The position numbers and the translations under genes were made by a program. A stretch of 39,466 nucleotides of DNA from Candidatus Micrarchaeia archaeon (lineage in GTDB: Archaea; Micrarchaeota; Micrarchaeia; Micrarchaeales; Micrarchaeaceae). Of this stretch, positions 1-9,944 are shown piece by piece. Location: NCBI GenBank assembly GCA_049964795.1, contig JBMFWY010000008.1, positions 1 through 39,466 of the forward strand. Direction: 5' to 3'. Under the pieces are notes generated by a model. It searched no databases and was not told the origin of the DNA. It saw only the letters and a list, made by a program, of their open reading frames with translations. How positions within the stretch are numbered: the first letter of the stretch is position 1; the number at the start of each line of letters is the position of its first letter.

Positions 1-75
1 TTCCGAATTTATGGAAAACAAGACTTATTGGTTAAGCAAGCCATATTGAGCGCCAAAAGAGCAGCAAAAAATTAG
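1..75 (+). CDS. Possible 3' end of a gene entering from the left edge (FRIYGKQDLLVKQAILSAKRAAKN*)
   Basis: Frame 1 is open from base 1 to TAG at 73-75 with protein-like composition, followed by AT-rich non-coding DNA. Too short to identify. Confidence 0.3.
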   Translation, partial: FRIYGKQDLLVKQAILSAKRAAKN

Positions 76-313
76 CTTTTCCTCGAGAGGCATTTTTTAG
101 CTCAATATTATGGAATTAGTATATCTTATTTTCATTTTATTGAAAAGCGTTTCTGCGCAATGGGTAATAAGGTAGCTATTATTAGGAAAAAAGCATTTTA
201 ATGCTTTCGACGACAAAAATTTGCATGTATTTGCGCTAGGTTGCACGATCTCTAGACACGCGATAAAATATAGATACAGCAAGAAACATGCAAAGAAAAC
301 GAAATCTAAAGAA

Positions 314-650
314 TACTAAAATAATTTTAGATTAACTAATACTAAGTTAGAATATAAAATGATAACGCTGGTGTTTTTGCTGCGTTATCTTTAAACACTA
401 ATTTTGACATATTTAGGCCTTACTGCAATTCCGGCTTTATTTAAAAATAGTGAAACCCATACTCTGGCGTTTATGCAATTTTGATCTCAAATTTTTATTT
501 TAAGTACACATTTAATTTTCGGATCGTCTCCATAGCAACCCTAGGGTTTTTCGCTTTTTAACTTTGCAATTTCTTCTGATATATCTAGCTTATTGCTTAG
601 GCTCTGCTGCTTGATCAGTGATTACTAAAAATATATTAGATTAACTAATA
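314..650. repeat. 28-bp imperfect direct repeat (314-341 and 623-650) with a palindromic core TTAG-ATTAA-CTAA
   Basis: TACTAAAATAATTTTAGATTAACTAATA vs TACTAAAAATATATTAGATTAACTAATA, 25/28 identical. The second copy has 7-bp arms, ATATTAG-N5-CTAATAT (633-651). Confidence 0.75.
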
Positions 651-719
651 TTATTTGAGGATTACGTGAAAGTTATTGGATTCCATTTTTACTTACCGCC
701 AAGATCGCTTTGGGCCTGA

Positions 720-1075
720 CTACGCTCTTCCTATAAGTTTGAGGGTTTCTTTGTATGAAAAGCTTTTGACGTGCTATTCACGCGCCTGGGCTTTTAGCCT
801 TCTATTGTATATACTTCTTCGCCTAGATCGATCACATAATTGGTTTCTATGCCAACACCCGCAGTAATTTTTCACATGAATTTGCTGAAAATCAGACAGT
901 CGCAGCCTTTAACAAGGCTCTTGAAGTGCTTTATCCTGTTGTTAGATCCGGTTGGCTGGTGGTTTTTTGAATTTACGATCTTGGCTCCAGGAAAAGCGCG
1001 CATTATCAACTCTAATTCTGCAACTTCAGAAGCTGTGCCGTATAGTGGAATCGGATGGGCGTAGTATATCCTCAT
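720..1075 (-). pseudogene. Disrupted nucleoside 2-deoxyribosyltransferase (NDT)-like small Rossmann protein
   Basis: ATG at 1075 gives MRIYYAHP...CDCLIFSKFM, then in-frame TGA (874-872), then KITAGVGIETNYVIDLGEEVYTIEG and TAA (796-794). A shifted frame continues HVKSFSYKETLKLIGRA to TAG (722-720). The CD.l.f....t.GV..E pattern is NDT-like. Confidence 0.6.
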
Positions 1076-1136
1076 CGAATTGCCCCTTTTGTTGGTGTCT
1101 CTCTTATTTTTGGAAGAGGCAATTGGTATTCTGCCA

Positions 1137-2051
1137 TTATTTACTGCGTTTGGTAGTGGATTCAAGAACTTTGCTTAGGAGAAGGCTCTTTAACTTCTCT
1201 AGATCCACCTTGCCGCCTTTTACCACGGCTGTAACTGATATACCGTAAGTTGAGCTGGATATATGGCCTATTACTATTTTGATATCTTTACCGTTTATTT
1301 CATGCTTCTTGAGTTCTTCAGCAATAATATTCTTAATTGCGCCAAATTTCACTTCGTTGCCCAGTTCCAATTTTAACCTCAATATGCTTGTTGCTGCCCT
1401 GTGATGGTTTATTACAAGAGCCTGATTAAGTATGCCGTTGGGGACATAAAGAGGCGAACGCGCATCACTGATAAGTTCTGTATAAAGAAGGCCTATCTTT
1501 GATACGGTACCACTATATCCAGGAATGAATTCCTCGTGGGGATAGGTGGAGGGCATTTTATTGTATTGCCATGTCTGCACAGTTATGTAGTCACCTGGCT
1601 CAAACGGCTTTGCGATTATCATTGCTATGCCTGAAAAGATATTGCCTAAAGTGGATTGCGCTGCAAGGCCGAGTACTATACCCAAGAAGCCCGCGCTTAT
1701 TAGCAGACCTGTTACGTTGACATGTATTAAGTACAAGGCAATGATCGCAATTATGGAATATGAAACAATGCTGAAAAGCACGGATATTGTTCCTGCTTCT
1801 TGCTTCACGCCGTTTGCTAGGACATACTCCTTTATAGCATGTGAAATAAGCAAAGTTATTCCTATACCAAACACAAGAGCAAGAAGCGACAGCACCCAAG
1901 CCTTAAGGTCGTTGCTTAAGTTCAAATATTCAATTAAGGAATATAGTATCACTATCAAAATTGCACTTGCTATTATGAACACTGCCAAGCGCACAAGCTC
2001 GCTATTTTTTAAACTTTTTTCTTGCTTGTTGCTATAAGTTTCATCAGTCAT
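1137..2051 (-). CDS. mscS: Small-conductance mechanosensitive channel (MscS family)
   Basis: N-terminal TM helices; motifs GIVLGLAAQSTLGNIFSG, KPFEPGDYI, GTVSKIGLLYT and VPNG. Confidence 0.93.
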   Translation of the reverse strand: MTDETYSNKQEKSLKNSELVRLAVFIIASAILIVILYSLIEYLNLSNDLKAWVLSLLALVFGIGITLLISHAIKEYVLANGVKQEAGTISVLFSIVSYSIIAIIALYLIHVNVTGLLISAGFLGIVLGLAAQSTLGNIFSGIAMIIAKPFEPGDYITVQTWQYNKMPSTYPHEEFIPGYSGTVSKIGLLYTELISDARSPLYVPNGILNQALVINHHRAATSILRLKLELGNEVKFGAIKNIIAEELKKHEINGKDIKIVIGHISSSTYGISVTAVVKGGKVDLEKLKSLLLSKVLESTTKRSK

Positions 2052-2208
2052 TTTAACCTATTTGCTAGATTGGCTACTATTTCTTATAAACCTTTTTAAG
2101 AAACAGGAATACTTTAGTGCTTTGGTGTGTGCTTTGTGGAAAGCACCTCGAAGAATAGAAATATTTATTAAAGCATTGGCAATATTTATTTGGAAAAATG
2201 GGGTGGAT

Positions 2209-3510
2209 TTGACTATAGCTTACAAAGAGAGATCGGAAAAAATTGAACAGGATAAAAGCCTTGATTATTCGACAATAGCAGCAAAGGCAGCCTCTCACCT
2301 TATAAACGAAATAGGATCCGATGGGTATATATCTGCCGCAAAAGACTACAATTGGTACAAGCCCCATTGGTTTAGGGATTCTTCTTGGGTTGCCGTTTCG
2401 CTTCTAGAGTATTATAATTTTGCTTCTGAGGCAAACAGGGAACTTGCTTCAATGGCGCTCCAAGCTGCAAATAAAATAATACACTTCAATATCGAGAGCA
2501 TCGATCATTTTATTCCGAATATTGAAAAATTTAAGCGAGTGGATTACGAAGACCCGGATTTTTTCAATCTTAAATACCATATGCCTTCAAGATGCGGGCA
2601 AGATCACGAATTTTTCAAAAGCAAGATAATAGATGATACTCTTGAGAGAAATGTAAGGCACAGCTGGCTTATGCAATATGATTCTATACCTCTGATATTG
2701 CTCTCTTTGCAGAAGAAGCAGGATTGCGTTGGCTTGGACAGGCAAGAGAGGGAGTTTTTGGACAAACGAATGGACAGCATGCTGGAGTACTTAGGCAAGA
2801 TATACATCACTGAATGCCCAAGTATGTGGGAGATAAATGCAGATATGTTGCATGTCTATGATGTTGCAGCGATATACTCTGCATTCAAATTTGCAGAGAA
2901 ACTTGCAGAAAACCACATAATAAAAATGAGCAGGGAAGAGGTAAATAACCTTGAAACAAAATACTACGGCAGAGGCACATTGGGATTCATAAGAAAGTAT
3001 TTTGTAAATGGAGGGATGCTTTATAGCGAAAAAAAGCCTTTTGCAGAATTGCCTGAATTGGCAAGAGGTTTTGACGGATCTGAGATATTGGCATTCAACT
3101 ATTTTGGAATAAGTTCACAGAGCCTTAATGTTGAATCTCTAGAAGAGCGAACAATTAAAGGTATTGAGGACACGCTTTTTGAAGGTAATGCGCTTCCGAT
3201 CCGCTTTCACGGCGACATATATTTTACTGGTGGAAGGTGGCTACTTCTCGGGCTTGAATTTGCCAGCTATTATGCAAGCAATGGAAAAATAGAAAAAGCA
3301 AAAGAGATTGTTGATTATATAGAAAGCCGTTATAATGGAGATTATCCTGAACAGGAGATAGTAAACCCCGCAAGCCCAAGCATCGACCAAGGAAACTATT
3401 ACGCCTTGAACGGCTACAAGCCGATACAAAAGCTGGCTTGGTCTTACGCAAGCATGATTATGGCTTCATTAAAATTGAAAAAGGAGGAGGAAAAGCAGAA
3501 AATAGTATAG
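2209..3510 (+). CDS. Glycoside hydrolase family 15-like protein (glucoamylase/trehalase)
   Basis: Motifs YKPHWFRDS, QYDS, SMWE, Y..GGRW, PEQ and LAWSYA are typical of GH15 (alpha/alpha)6 barrels. Start placed at TTG 2209 after GGGGTGG; the ORF is open from 2062. Confidence 0.8.
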   Translation: MTIAYKERSEKIEQDKSLDYSTIAAKAASHLINEIGSDGYISAAKDYNWYKPHWFRDSSWVAVSLLEYYNFASEANRELASMALQAANKIIHFNIESIDHFIPNIEKFKRVDYEDPDFFNLKYHMPSRCGQDHEFFKSKIIDDTLERNVRHSWLMQYDSIPLILLSLQKKQDCVGLDRQEREFLDKRMDSMLEYLGKIYITECPSMWEINADMLHVYDVAAIYSAFKFAEKLAENHIIKMSREEVNNLETKYYGRGTLGFIRKYFVNGGMLYSEKKPFAELPELARGFDGSEILAFNYFGISSQSLNVESLEERTIKGIEDTLFEGNALPIRFHGDIYFTGGRWLLLGLEFASYYASNGKIEKAKEIVDYIESRYNGDYPEQEIVNPASPSIDQGNYYALNGYKPIQKLAWSYASMIMASLKLKKEEEKQKIV

Positions 3511-3593
3511 CATTCACTCTTTTTCTGTTTTTTCAGTTCTAAGCTTTGCGCTAATTTTGTCTATGTTTAGATAGTCTGATGGCTCTGCAATAA

Positions 3594-3917
3594 TTAAAAG
3601 CATCCTTTCAAACGACTTTTTGCCTATTTCAGCAGCCTTTTTTCTATTTCCTCCCTATTAAGCAGGTATATCTTCGGCCTGCCGGAAGTATGCCAGAATC
3701 CAAATATAACACCAAAATCGAAAGGGCTACCCTGGCTTTCAGGATCCCAATAGATCAGCACTAGATCTGCTTCGCTCATTGCATGATTGTTTTGCTTGCA
3801 TATCTCTAATCCTATAGGGTCGTTTTGCTCTGTGTCGCGAAGAGGATAGATTGTAGCAAATGCTCTACAGCATTTGAAGTAGCTGACTTTCAATAAAGGC
3901 ATGCCTGCATATCGCAT
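3594..3917 (-). pseudogene. Truncated/frameshifted NDT-like protein
   Basis: Core IYPLRDTEQNDPIGLEIC..N...EADLVLIYWDPESQGSPFDFG is NDT-like. The N-terminus looks lost. One extra A in the A6 run (3638-3643) would restore ...EKKAAEIGKKSFERMLL. Confidence 0.5.
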
Positions 3918-4030
3918 CTATATAGACAGCCCCACTAAATATCTGCGATATAGTAAATCAAAGTTGTTCTTCAAACCCTGCAGAAAGCTATAAATATGAA
4001 AACAGAGAATAGATATTATTGCGAATTTTT

Positions 4031-4759
4031 ATGAACACGTTGACGAGATCTGATCCAAAAACCGAGAGCAAAGAGATCAGAAATGAGATAAACAGGTTAT
4101 CGATAGGTTTCGGAAATTATCCTGTATCAAATGAGCACCTGTACTTGGATAATTTTGCGAATGAAGAAAAGGTCAAGGAGTTTGACGCCCTTGTGCTCAT
4201 CTGCGGCGGTGCTACAGAATCTTTGCGCTTGGTACATCTCTTCGGCGAAAAAGCAAAACATATCTATATTGTTGACAAGGATGCAGATAGCATAGGAAGA
4301 TTCAAGCTTTTGCTAAGAATAATGGAGGAAAATCCGGCTTACAGCAAGGCAGATTTCGAATATTATACAAAAGTGACAAAAGCAGACAAAAGCAACAGCA
4401 TGTTCTACCGATCTGTAATCGACGAGATGAGAGTAAGCGGTGACATTGCTGAAAAGATAAAGTACATACAGGAAGACATAAATGATGCAATAAGTGAACT
4501 GACTGACTATTCGGAAAAAAGAAGGTACTTTTTCTACTTGTCTAACATATTGGGAAGTGGCTGGTCTGAAAAGCTTCTAGATACAATTTCATCGAAAATA
4601 GTAAATAACGAAAATGTAGTAAAAGGCTCAGAGGTATTGCTTGTAGGAAACAATGACAAAGAATTCATGATTCTTGAAAAGAAATCGACGCAGAGCATTA
4701 AGAAGAGAGTATTCTCCAATTCGCCTTATGAGAAGTTTTTAAGGAATCAAAGCGAGTAA
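4031..4759 (+). CDS. Hypothetical protein with a class I SAM-binding Rossmann-like fold
   Basis: Motif-like segments LVLICGG, IYIVDKD, IKYIQEDI and FYLSNIL in the expected order; TATA-like CTATAAATA about 40 bp upstream. Confidence 0.55.
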   Translation: MNTLTRSDPKTESKEIRNEINRLSIGFGNYPVSNEHLYLDNFANEEKVKEFDALVLICGGATESLRLVHLFGEKAKHIYIVDKDADSIGRFKLLLRIMEENPAYSKADFEYYTKVTKADKSNSMFYRSVIDEMRVSGDIAEKIKYIQEDINDAISELTDYSEKRRYFFYLSNILGSGWSEKLLDTISSKIVNNENVVKGSEVLLVGNNDKEFMILEKKSTQSIKKRVFSNSPYEKFLRNQSE

Positions 4760-4776
4760 GCGCACATTAAGAAGCG

Positions 4777-5688
4777 TCACAGCTTGTCCATCTTTTTCGC
4801 TATCTGTAGCAAGAGGTCTAGAAGAAGCCCAGAAATTATAGATAGAAAACCTATTATCACCAGCATAAAAGATATCAATGCCCTGCCCACTTCAGTCAGC
4901 AGGCCCGTCCTTATATAGCTAGCTATGACAAAGGCGCCGAGCACTAATCCCGCTAGTATTAAAATTGCGCCTATGCTGCCAAATATCAGCAAGGGGGAAT
5001 AGTCCCTTGCGGTGCGCACTATGTGGCCTGCTACTCCAAGCCCGTAAAGCAGCTTTGACTTAGCCAATTTTGACTTTGTACCAGAAGGCCGCAAGCCGTA
5101 ACTTATTGGAATCTCTGCTATTTTTGTGAAACCTTTCTTTTCTATTTCTAGCACGAAAAACAGTGACCCTGCCCGGTAAGGCTCTGCATCCTTCATTGCT
5201 TCAAAAGCCTTTTTTGTCATCACGAATATTCCAGTAAGTCCGTCGTGAATATCTATGCCGTGCATAGTCTTGTAGATTCTATTTATGCTTTTATTGCCGA
5301 ACGAGAGATAGCCTCGAATTGCTTTGCTATCGGTATTTTCATGAAACCTGTTGCCCAGAACCATGTCAAGATGTTTTTCGTGCAGATAATTTATTGCTTT
5401 GATAAGATCTTCTGGCGAGTATGTTCCGTCCGCATCGAGATTTGCCAATATAGAGCCGTTTGCAGCAATGAATCCTTCCATTGTTGCTGCTTCTACACCC
5501 TTGCTTTCTTGGTATATTATCTTTGCACCCGTGGACTCGAGGCGTTTCCTGTATTCCGGGCTGCTTTTGTCCACTATTATTATCTCTGATTCTGGCATCA
5601 GCCTGCGCAGCTCCTTCACAAGGGAGAACACGCCTTCCTCCTCTATAGTCGGAAGTATTACACTCACATCTTTGAAATTGACGGGCAT
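4777..5688 (-). CDS. Glycosyltransferase family 2 (polyprenyl-phosphate glycosyltransferase-like) with C-terminal TM helices
   Basis: Motifs VILPT..EE, IIIVD, LDADGTY, DMVLGNR and EIPISY; two C-terminal hydrophobic helices. Confidence 0.9.
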   Translation of the reverse strand: MPVNFKDVSVILPTIEEEGVFSLVKELRRLMPESEIIIVDKSSPEYRKRLESTGAKIIYQESKGVEAATMEGFIAANGSILANLDADGTYSPEDLIKAINYLHEKHLDMVLGNRFHENTDSKAIRGYLSFGNKSINRIYKTMHGIDIHDGLTGIFVMTKKAFEAMKDAEPYRAGSLFFVLEIEKKGFTKIAEIPISYGLRPSGTKSKLAKSKLLYGLGVAGHIVRTARDYSPLLIFGSIGAILILAGLVLGAFVIASYIRTGLLTEVGRALISFMLVIIGFLSIISGLLLDLLLQIAKKMDKL

Positions 5689-5812
5689 TTTAAGCGCACT
5701 TTGATTTAAATATTTTGGTCATGTGATAGCTGTTATCTATTGCATGCAAATTTTTAAATTATATTGGCTAGATCCAAAAGCCGGATAAAAGTGGCACAGG
5801 CTAGAAACGTTT

Positions 5813-6958
5813 TTACTGCTTTGCCGCATGCTTACCGGCAATTAAGCTATAGAACACTTTGTTTATCCGCCCAGTATCGAAACTTTTAATTTCATCTGCA
5901 TTTTTTATGAAATCGCCTTTCCTTGAATCCACTATCTCCGCTATTTTTTCCGGCAGCAAAGCAGTGCTCGTTACTAAGCACATCTTCTTTACTTCCTTTG
6001 GTATGGGAGTATAATTTGGAAGCAATACTGGCGTGCCCAATGCTACGCTTTCTATTGATATTGCGCTGAGCCCTTCCCTTTCGCTCATATTTAGGAAAAC
6101 GGAGGAACTCGCTATTTTTCTATAGAGCTCCGTCTTCGATTCCATAAAGCCCCTAATCTCTATAAATTCTGAGGCATTCCTTTCCTTTATAGCTTTTGAC
6201 AGCAGATCCTTTTCTGGGCCATCTCCTATTATAAGACCCTTTACCTTTTTGTTGAGCTCATGTGCTTTCGAAACTGCATCTATCCACAAGTCTACCCTCT
6301 TTTCCTTTATAAGCCTCCCTGCGAATACTACCGTACCGTCGCCTTTGCAATTGCTTGCATTATAAGCTTTCAATTCTTTCAGATCGACTATTGGCGAAAA
6401 AACGCGTATGCGCTTGCTATCAATTCCCATATTCCTCAATTTTGAAGCGGTTGTGCTGGAGTTTGCTATATAGTAATCAGCTCCAGCCAACGCCTTTCTT
6501 ACAAAATAGTAGGCTAGCGTGCCTTTTATCACGCCTATGTATTTTGACCAATAGCCTTTGTCCCAAACTTCTATGGCATCGAATATTATTTTGGCGCCGG
6601 TCTTTGAGCCATATCTTTTTACTGCGGGAAGATGAAGGTAAGGCATGGTATTTACGTAGAGTGCATCCAATTTATGCTGGTATAAGGCCTTTGGCAATGC
6701 ACGCGCAAACTTAATTGCTAAGCCCACAGACCTGTGCCCATTTACGTAAAGATCACTTAATTTCGCTTTTTCAACGCACATATATTGTATGCCGTCCTTG
6801 AAAAAGTGGTCCTTCATGCCCGGAAATTGGAGCGTGAAGAATAGTACTTCGTGTTCCTTCGCCAGGTTTTCCGCCTCGGTATGCTCGGTTGCCTGAAGAC
6901 CTCCTTTAACCCAGGGGTAGGCAACATCAGAAACTATTCCTATGCGCACTTCAACCAC
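5813..6958 (-). CDS. Glycosyltransferase family 4
   Basis: Motifs YPWVKGG, FAGRLIKEKRVD, IIGDGPE and SEREGLSAISIES (EX7E); GTG start. Confidence 0.92.
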   Translation of the reverse strand: MVEVRIGIVSDVAYPWVKGGLQATEHTEAENLAKEHEVLFFTLQFPGMKDHFFKDGIQYMCVEKAKLSDLYVNGHRSVGLAIKFARALPKALYQHKLDALYVNTMPYLHLPAVKRYGSKTGAKIIFDAIEVWDKGYWSKYIGVIKGTLAYYFVRKALAGADYYIANSSTTASKLRNMGIDSKRIRVFSPIVDLKELKAYNASNCKGDGTVVFAGRLIKEKRVDLWIDAVSKAHELNKKVKGLIIGDGPEKDLLSKAIKERNASEFIEIRGFMESKTELYRKIASSSVFLNMSEREGLSAISIESVALGTPVLLPNYTPIPKEVKKMCLVTSTALLPEKIAEIVDSRKGDFIKNADEIKSFDTGRINKVFYSLIAGKHAAKQ

Positions 6959-7103
6959 TCAAAACTATATAATGATAGCTCCAGTAACGCCATTCGCAGC
7001 AGAGATTGATTCGAAGCAGTATAAGTGTTTAGTATAAACAAAATAAAAACCTGCTCTTGAAAGTCCTGCGAGCCTGCAAATTGCTGCGCAAAGCGCAATG
7101 CGC

Positions 7104-7520
7104 TCAGATATACCCGCTCATTGCGTTTTCAAGCGGTTTTTTGACTTGCTCAACGCATTTTACTCCGAGGAGGTAGAGTATGCGCCTTCCTGTAACAACA
7201 TCGTACTGCACATCAGGACCCATAGAATTAAGCTTGTTGACTATAGAAGCCTGTTTCAGTTTGCCTCCATAATCTTCATCGGTAAAAACGTAAACAGGAA
7301 CGCCGTGCTCGCCGCTTATGCCATTTTTCATAAAGTTGTCATAAGTTATCGCGCTTATGCTTATTCCGAGGATTTCCGAAACGTAGCTCAAGGCATGTAT
7401 ATCGTGCAAGCCTTCTACTATACATATGCCGCTTGCAAGCTTTTCGAACAGATTATACAGGTCTTTAGCCCTGGAATTATCTTTAGACCTATTCTTTTCC
7501 TTGAAACTCGGCAGATGCAC
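7104..7520 (-). CDS. Small Toprim-domain protein
   Basis: IVEG..D...L and TDED (DxD) Toprim motifs. Confidence 0.8.
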   Translation of the reverse strand: MHLPSFKEKNRSKDNSRAKDLYNLFEKLASGICIVEGLHDIHALSYVSEILGISISAITYDNFMKNGISGEHGVPVYVFTDEDYGGKLKQASIVNKLNSMGPDVQYDVVTGRRILYLLGVKCVEQVKKPLENAMSGYI

Positions 7521-7572
7521 ACCCTCACAATACTATGCAAAGATTTGTAGTTATATATTTTTATTCCTTGCC

Positions 7573-7830
7573 TTAAAGATGCGCTAAAAAATCGGGACCA
7601 AACTTAAGATGCTTTGGTATGCAAACCTCAAGTTCATCCGCGTATTTGATGGCTATACTATCCTGCTTCTCTGGCCTCTTTCGATTATGTCTTAATACTT
7701 TGTCAACCTCTAATATTATACACTCCTTGTCCAAACTAGATTAGTGTATCTGTTGCAGCTTAGTTCAAGCATTATCTTCTCAACCCATTTTGCTTAATTT
7801 CCTAACTTTCTTGGCTTTAGATCCTTTCAT
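7573..7830 (-). pseudogene. Possible decayed gene
   Basis: Strong RBS AAGGTGG before ATG 7830, but a stop after 16 codons. Protein-like stretches continue in other frames (e.g. LDKECIILEVDKVLRH...IKYADELEVCIPKHLKFG). Confidence 0.25.
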
Positions 7831-8043
7831 CTACCACCTTATCAGATTAACAGGAAAAGTTTTGAACAAGAGATATGCATGCATAGGTATTGAATGCAGG
7901 ATGGAAGAATAAAAGCCTCACCGGAAAAGAATAGGAAAATTAGTAAAAGCGACTGTACGCTTTTGTTTAATGCACCTATCTAGAACGTAGGTTAAAGTAA
8001 TATATAAACTAGCAATACCGCTTGTAAAGATAGGGAATGGAAG

Positions 8044-8511
8044 TCACTTGCGCAAATACGCAACAAAATTAGAAAGTTTTTCTATTTCGACGTTATATGG
8101 AGAGGTAACAGGCAGTTCGGAAATATATGGAGAGGAATTGCTGCTTAACTGCGAGATGGCTGCGAAATAGTTGGACTTTAAGTAATAGTTTAGCAACTTA
8201 GAGCTTTCTTCCTTTAGCCCGATAATAATTCCTTCGATTAGAAGATCAATCTTTTCAGTTTCAAAGGGTAAAGCGCCTTTAGGAATTTTATTGATAGGTA
8301 TTTCGGTATTGAGCCATCTTCCAAAGTATTTGACTTTTTCCTCTTCTATTGAAATTTTGAATATCTTTACTTCGCGATTAAAAAACAGCTTTGAATGTGA
8401 AAATACTGTGATACTGTTTTCATCCATTTGAATTCTATACTTGTCACTTTTGTGTTCTGCTGTTTCAATTGCTCTATCATGCTTAGATTCCTCTTTGAAC
8501 AACGTTGGCAT
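8044..8511 (-). CDS. Hypothetical protein (155 aa)
   Basis: Non-overlapping ORF with GTGA upstream of the ATG and an AT-rich promoter region; no motif recognised. Confidence 0.65.
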   Translation of the reverse strand: MPTLFKEESKHDRAIETAEHKSDKYRIQMDENSITVFSHSKLFFNREVKIFKISIEEEKVKYFGRWLNTEIPINKIPKGALPFETEKIDLLIEGIIIGLKEESSKLLNYYLKSNYFAAISQLSSNSSPYISELPVTSPYNVEIEKLSNFVAYLRK

Positions 8512-8657
8512 CCAATCACGCTTAACTAAAAGTTAATATTATATATTTATTATTTGTCCATACCCTTAGAATTAGTCTAATATTGGCTTGCGTGCAGGCA
8601 CTATGCATTGAATGCCAAAGCTGCAGCGAAATAAAAAACTAAAAGAGGTTTTTGCAT

Positions 8658-9707
8658 ATGGAGAAGGCAGAATACGCAAAACAGATAGAGGGCGTGGGAC
8701 ATAAAAATGAGGAAAGCGAGAATGAAGTCAAAGTGCCAAATCCGCTCAGGAAAATGATGGAAAAACAAGGCTATCATTTTGTTGGAAGGCATTCTGCTAC
8801 GAAAGCTTGCGAGTATACAAAAAGCAGCCTGAAAAAAGAGGGCAAAGTTTGCTACAAATGCCAGTTTTATGGAATAAGAAGCTGGAGATGCATACAGGCA
8901 ACTCCTGCCATAGGGTGCAATCTTGCGTGCGCTTTCTGCTGGAGGATAATACCTGAGGAAGTTGGTATAAAATGGAACGAGCTCAACGCTCTTGGAACGT
9001 GGGATGATCCTGATACTATTGTAGATGGGCTGATAATAGAGCAGAGGAAGCTTGTAAGCGGCTTCAAAGGCAGCGAAAGTATAGACCAAAAGAGGTGGGA
9101 AGAGGCTAATGATCCAGCCCATGTTGCAATAAGCCTTACAGGAGAGCCGCTATTTTACCCCCACATGAACGCCTTGCTTGAAGCTTTCCATCGCAGGAAG
9201 ATAAGCACATTCCTTGTTACAAATGGAACCATGGTAAACGCCCTCAAAGCACTTACCGTAATGCCCACGCAGCTTTACGTATCAATACAGGCCCCAGACA
9301 AAGAGATATATGAAAAAACAGTAAGACCGAAGATCATTAATGCTTGGGAAAATTTCCAGAAATTCCTAGAAGTTTTCGCAACTCTCAAAACTAGGAGAGT
9401 TTTTAGGCTTACCCTGGTAAAAGGGCTCAACATGATACGGCCGGAAGGCTATGCGGAGCTAATAAAGAAAGGGAAACCCGATTATATAGAGGTAAAAGGA
9501 TTTGTGTACGTTGGAGGCGCCAGGGGCGAAGAGAGGCACCTTACATACGAGCAGATGCCGAGAAAGGAGGAGATACTTGATTTTGCAAGGCAATTGTCTG
9601 AGCTTTCGGGCTACAAATTTGTAGACTATCATGAAAGCAGCAAAGTTGCGCTTCTATGCTCTAATGAAGAAACAGAGAAGAACAGGGTAATCCATTTCGA
9701 AAAATAA
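8658..9707 (+). CDS. tyw1: 4-demethylwyosine synthase TYW1/Taw1 (radical SAM tRNA modification enzyme)
   Basis: GY..VG.HSA.K.C, CYK..FYGI.S.RC, CNLACAFCWR (CxxxCxxC), HVAISLTGEP, TFLVTNGT, PTQLYVS and EVKGF. Confidence 0.96.
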   Translation: MEKAEYAKQIEGVGHKNEESENEVKVPNPLRKMMEKQGYHFVGRHSATKACEYTKSSLKKEGKVCYKCQFYGIRSWRCIQATPAIGCNLACAFCWRIIPEEVGIKWNELNALGTWDDPDTIVDGLIIEQRKLVSGFKGSESIDQKRWEEANDPAHVAISLTGEPLFYPHMNALLEAFHRRKISTFLVTNGTMVNALKALTVMPTQLYVSIQAPDKEIYEKTVRPKIINAWENFQKFLEVFATLKTRRVFRLTLVKGLNMIRPEGYAELIKKGKPDYIEVKGFVYVGGARGEERHLTYEQMPRKEEILDFARQLSELSGYKFVDYHESSKVALLCSNEETEKNRVIHFEK

Positions 9708-9944
9708 AACTTACCTACTTTTTCCAATCTTTTTTTGGAAGCAGGACTACATAAAAGTTTACAATCCAGCTACTCTTCTTGTCTTCATGTACTGGATGCA
9801 TGTGCACATGTGTCATGGTATTTACCTTATTGAAGATTTCTTTCAAGCCCTATCCACAAACCCAAAAATGTCAGAAAACAGCCAAAAATACGCTAAACAT
9901 TGTGCTAGGACGTTTTAAATAGTTTTTGGAAAAACCTGTGACTC

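Noticed and set aside
872-874. TGA recoding (Gly, Trp or Sec) in the NDT-like gene
   Set aside because: TGA is the normal stop of many intact genes here (e.g. gatE, pepQ, the ATPase), and the same relic also has a TAA and a frameshift.
9710-9850. 12-bp palindrome CATGTGCACATG (9799-9810) and a short minus-strand ORF containing HVHMHP
   Set aside because: No convincing start or RBS and no family motif; a single palindrome of this size may be chance.
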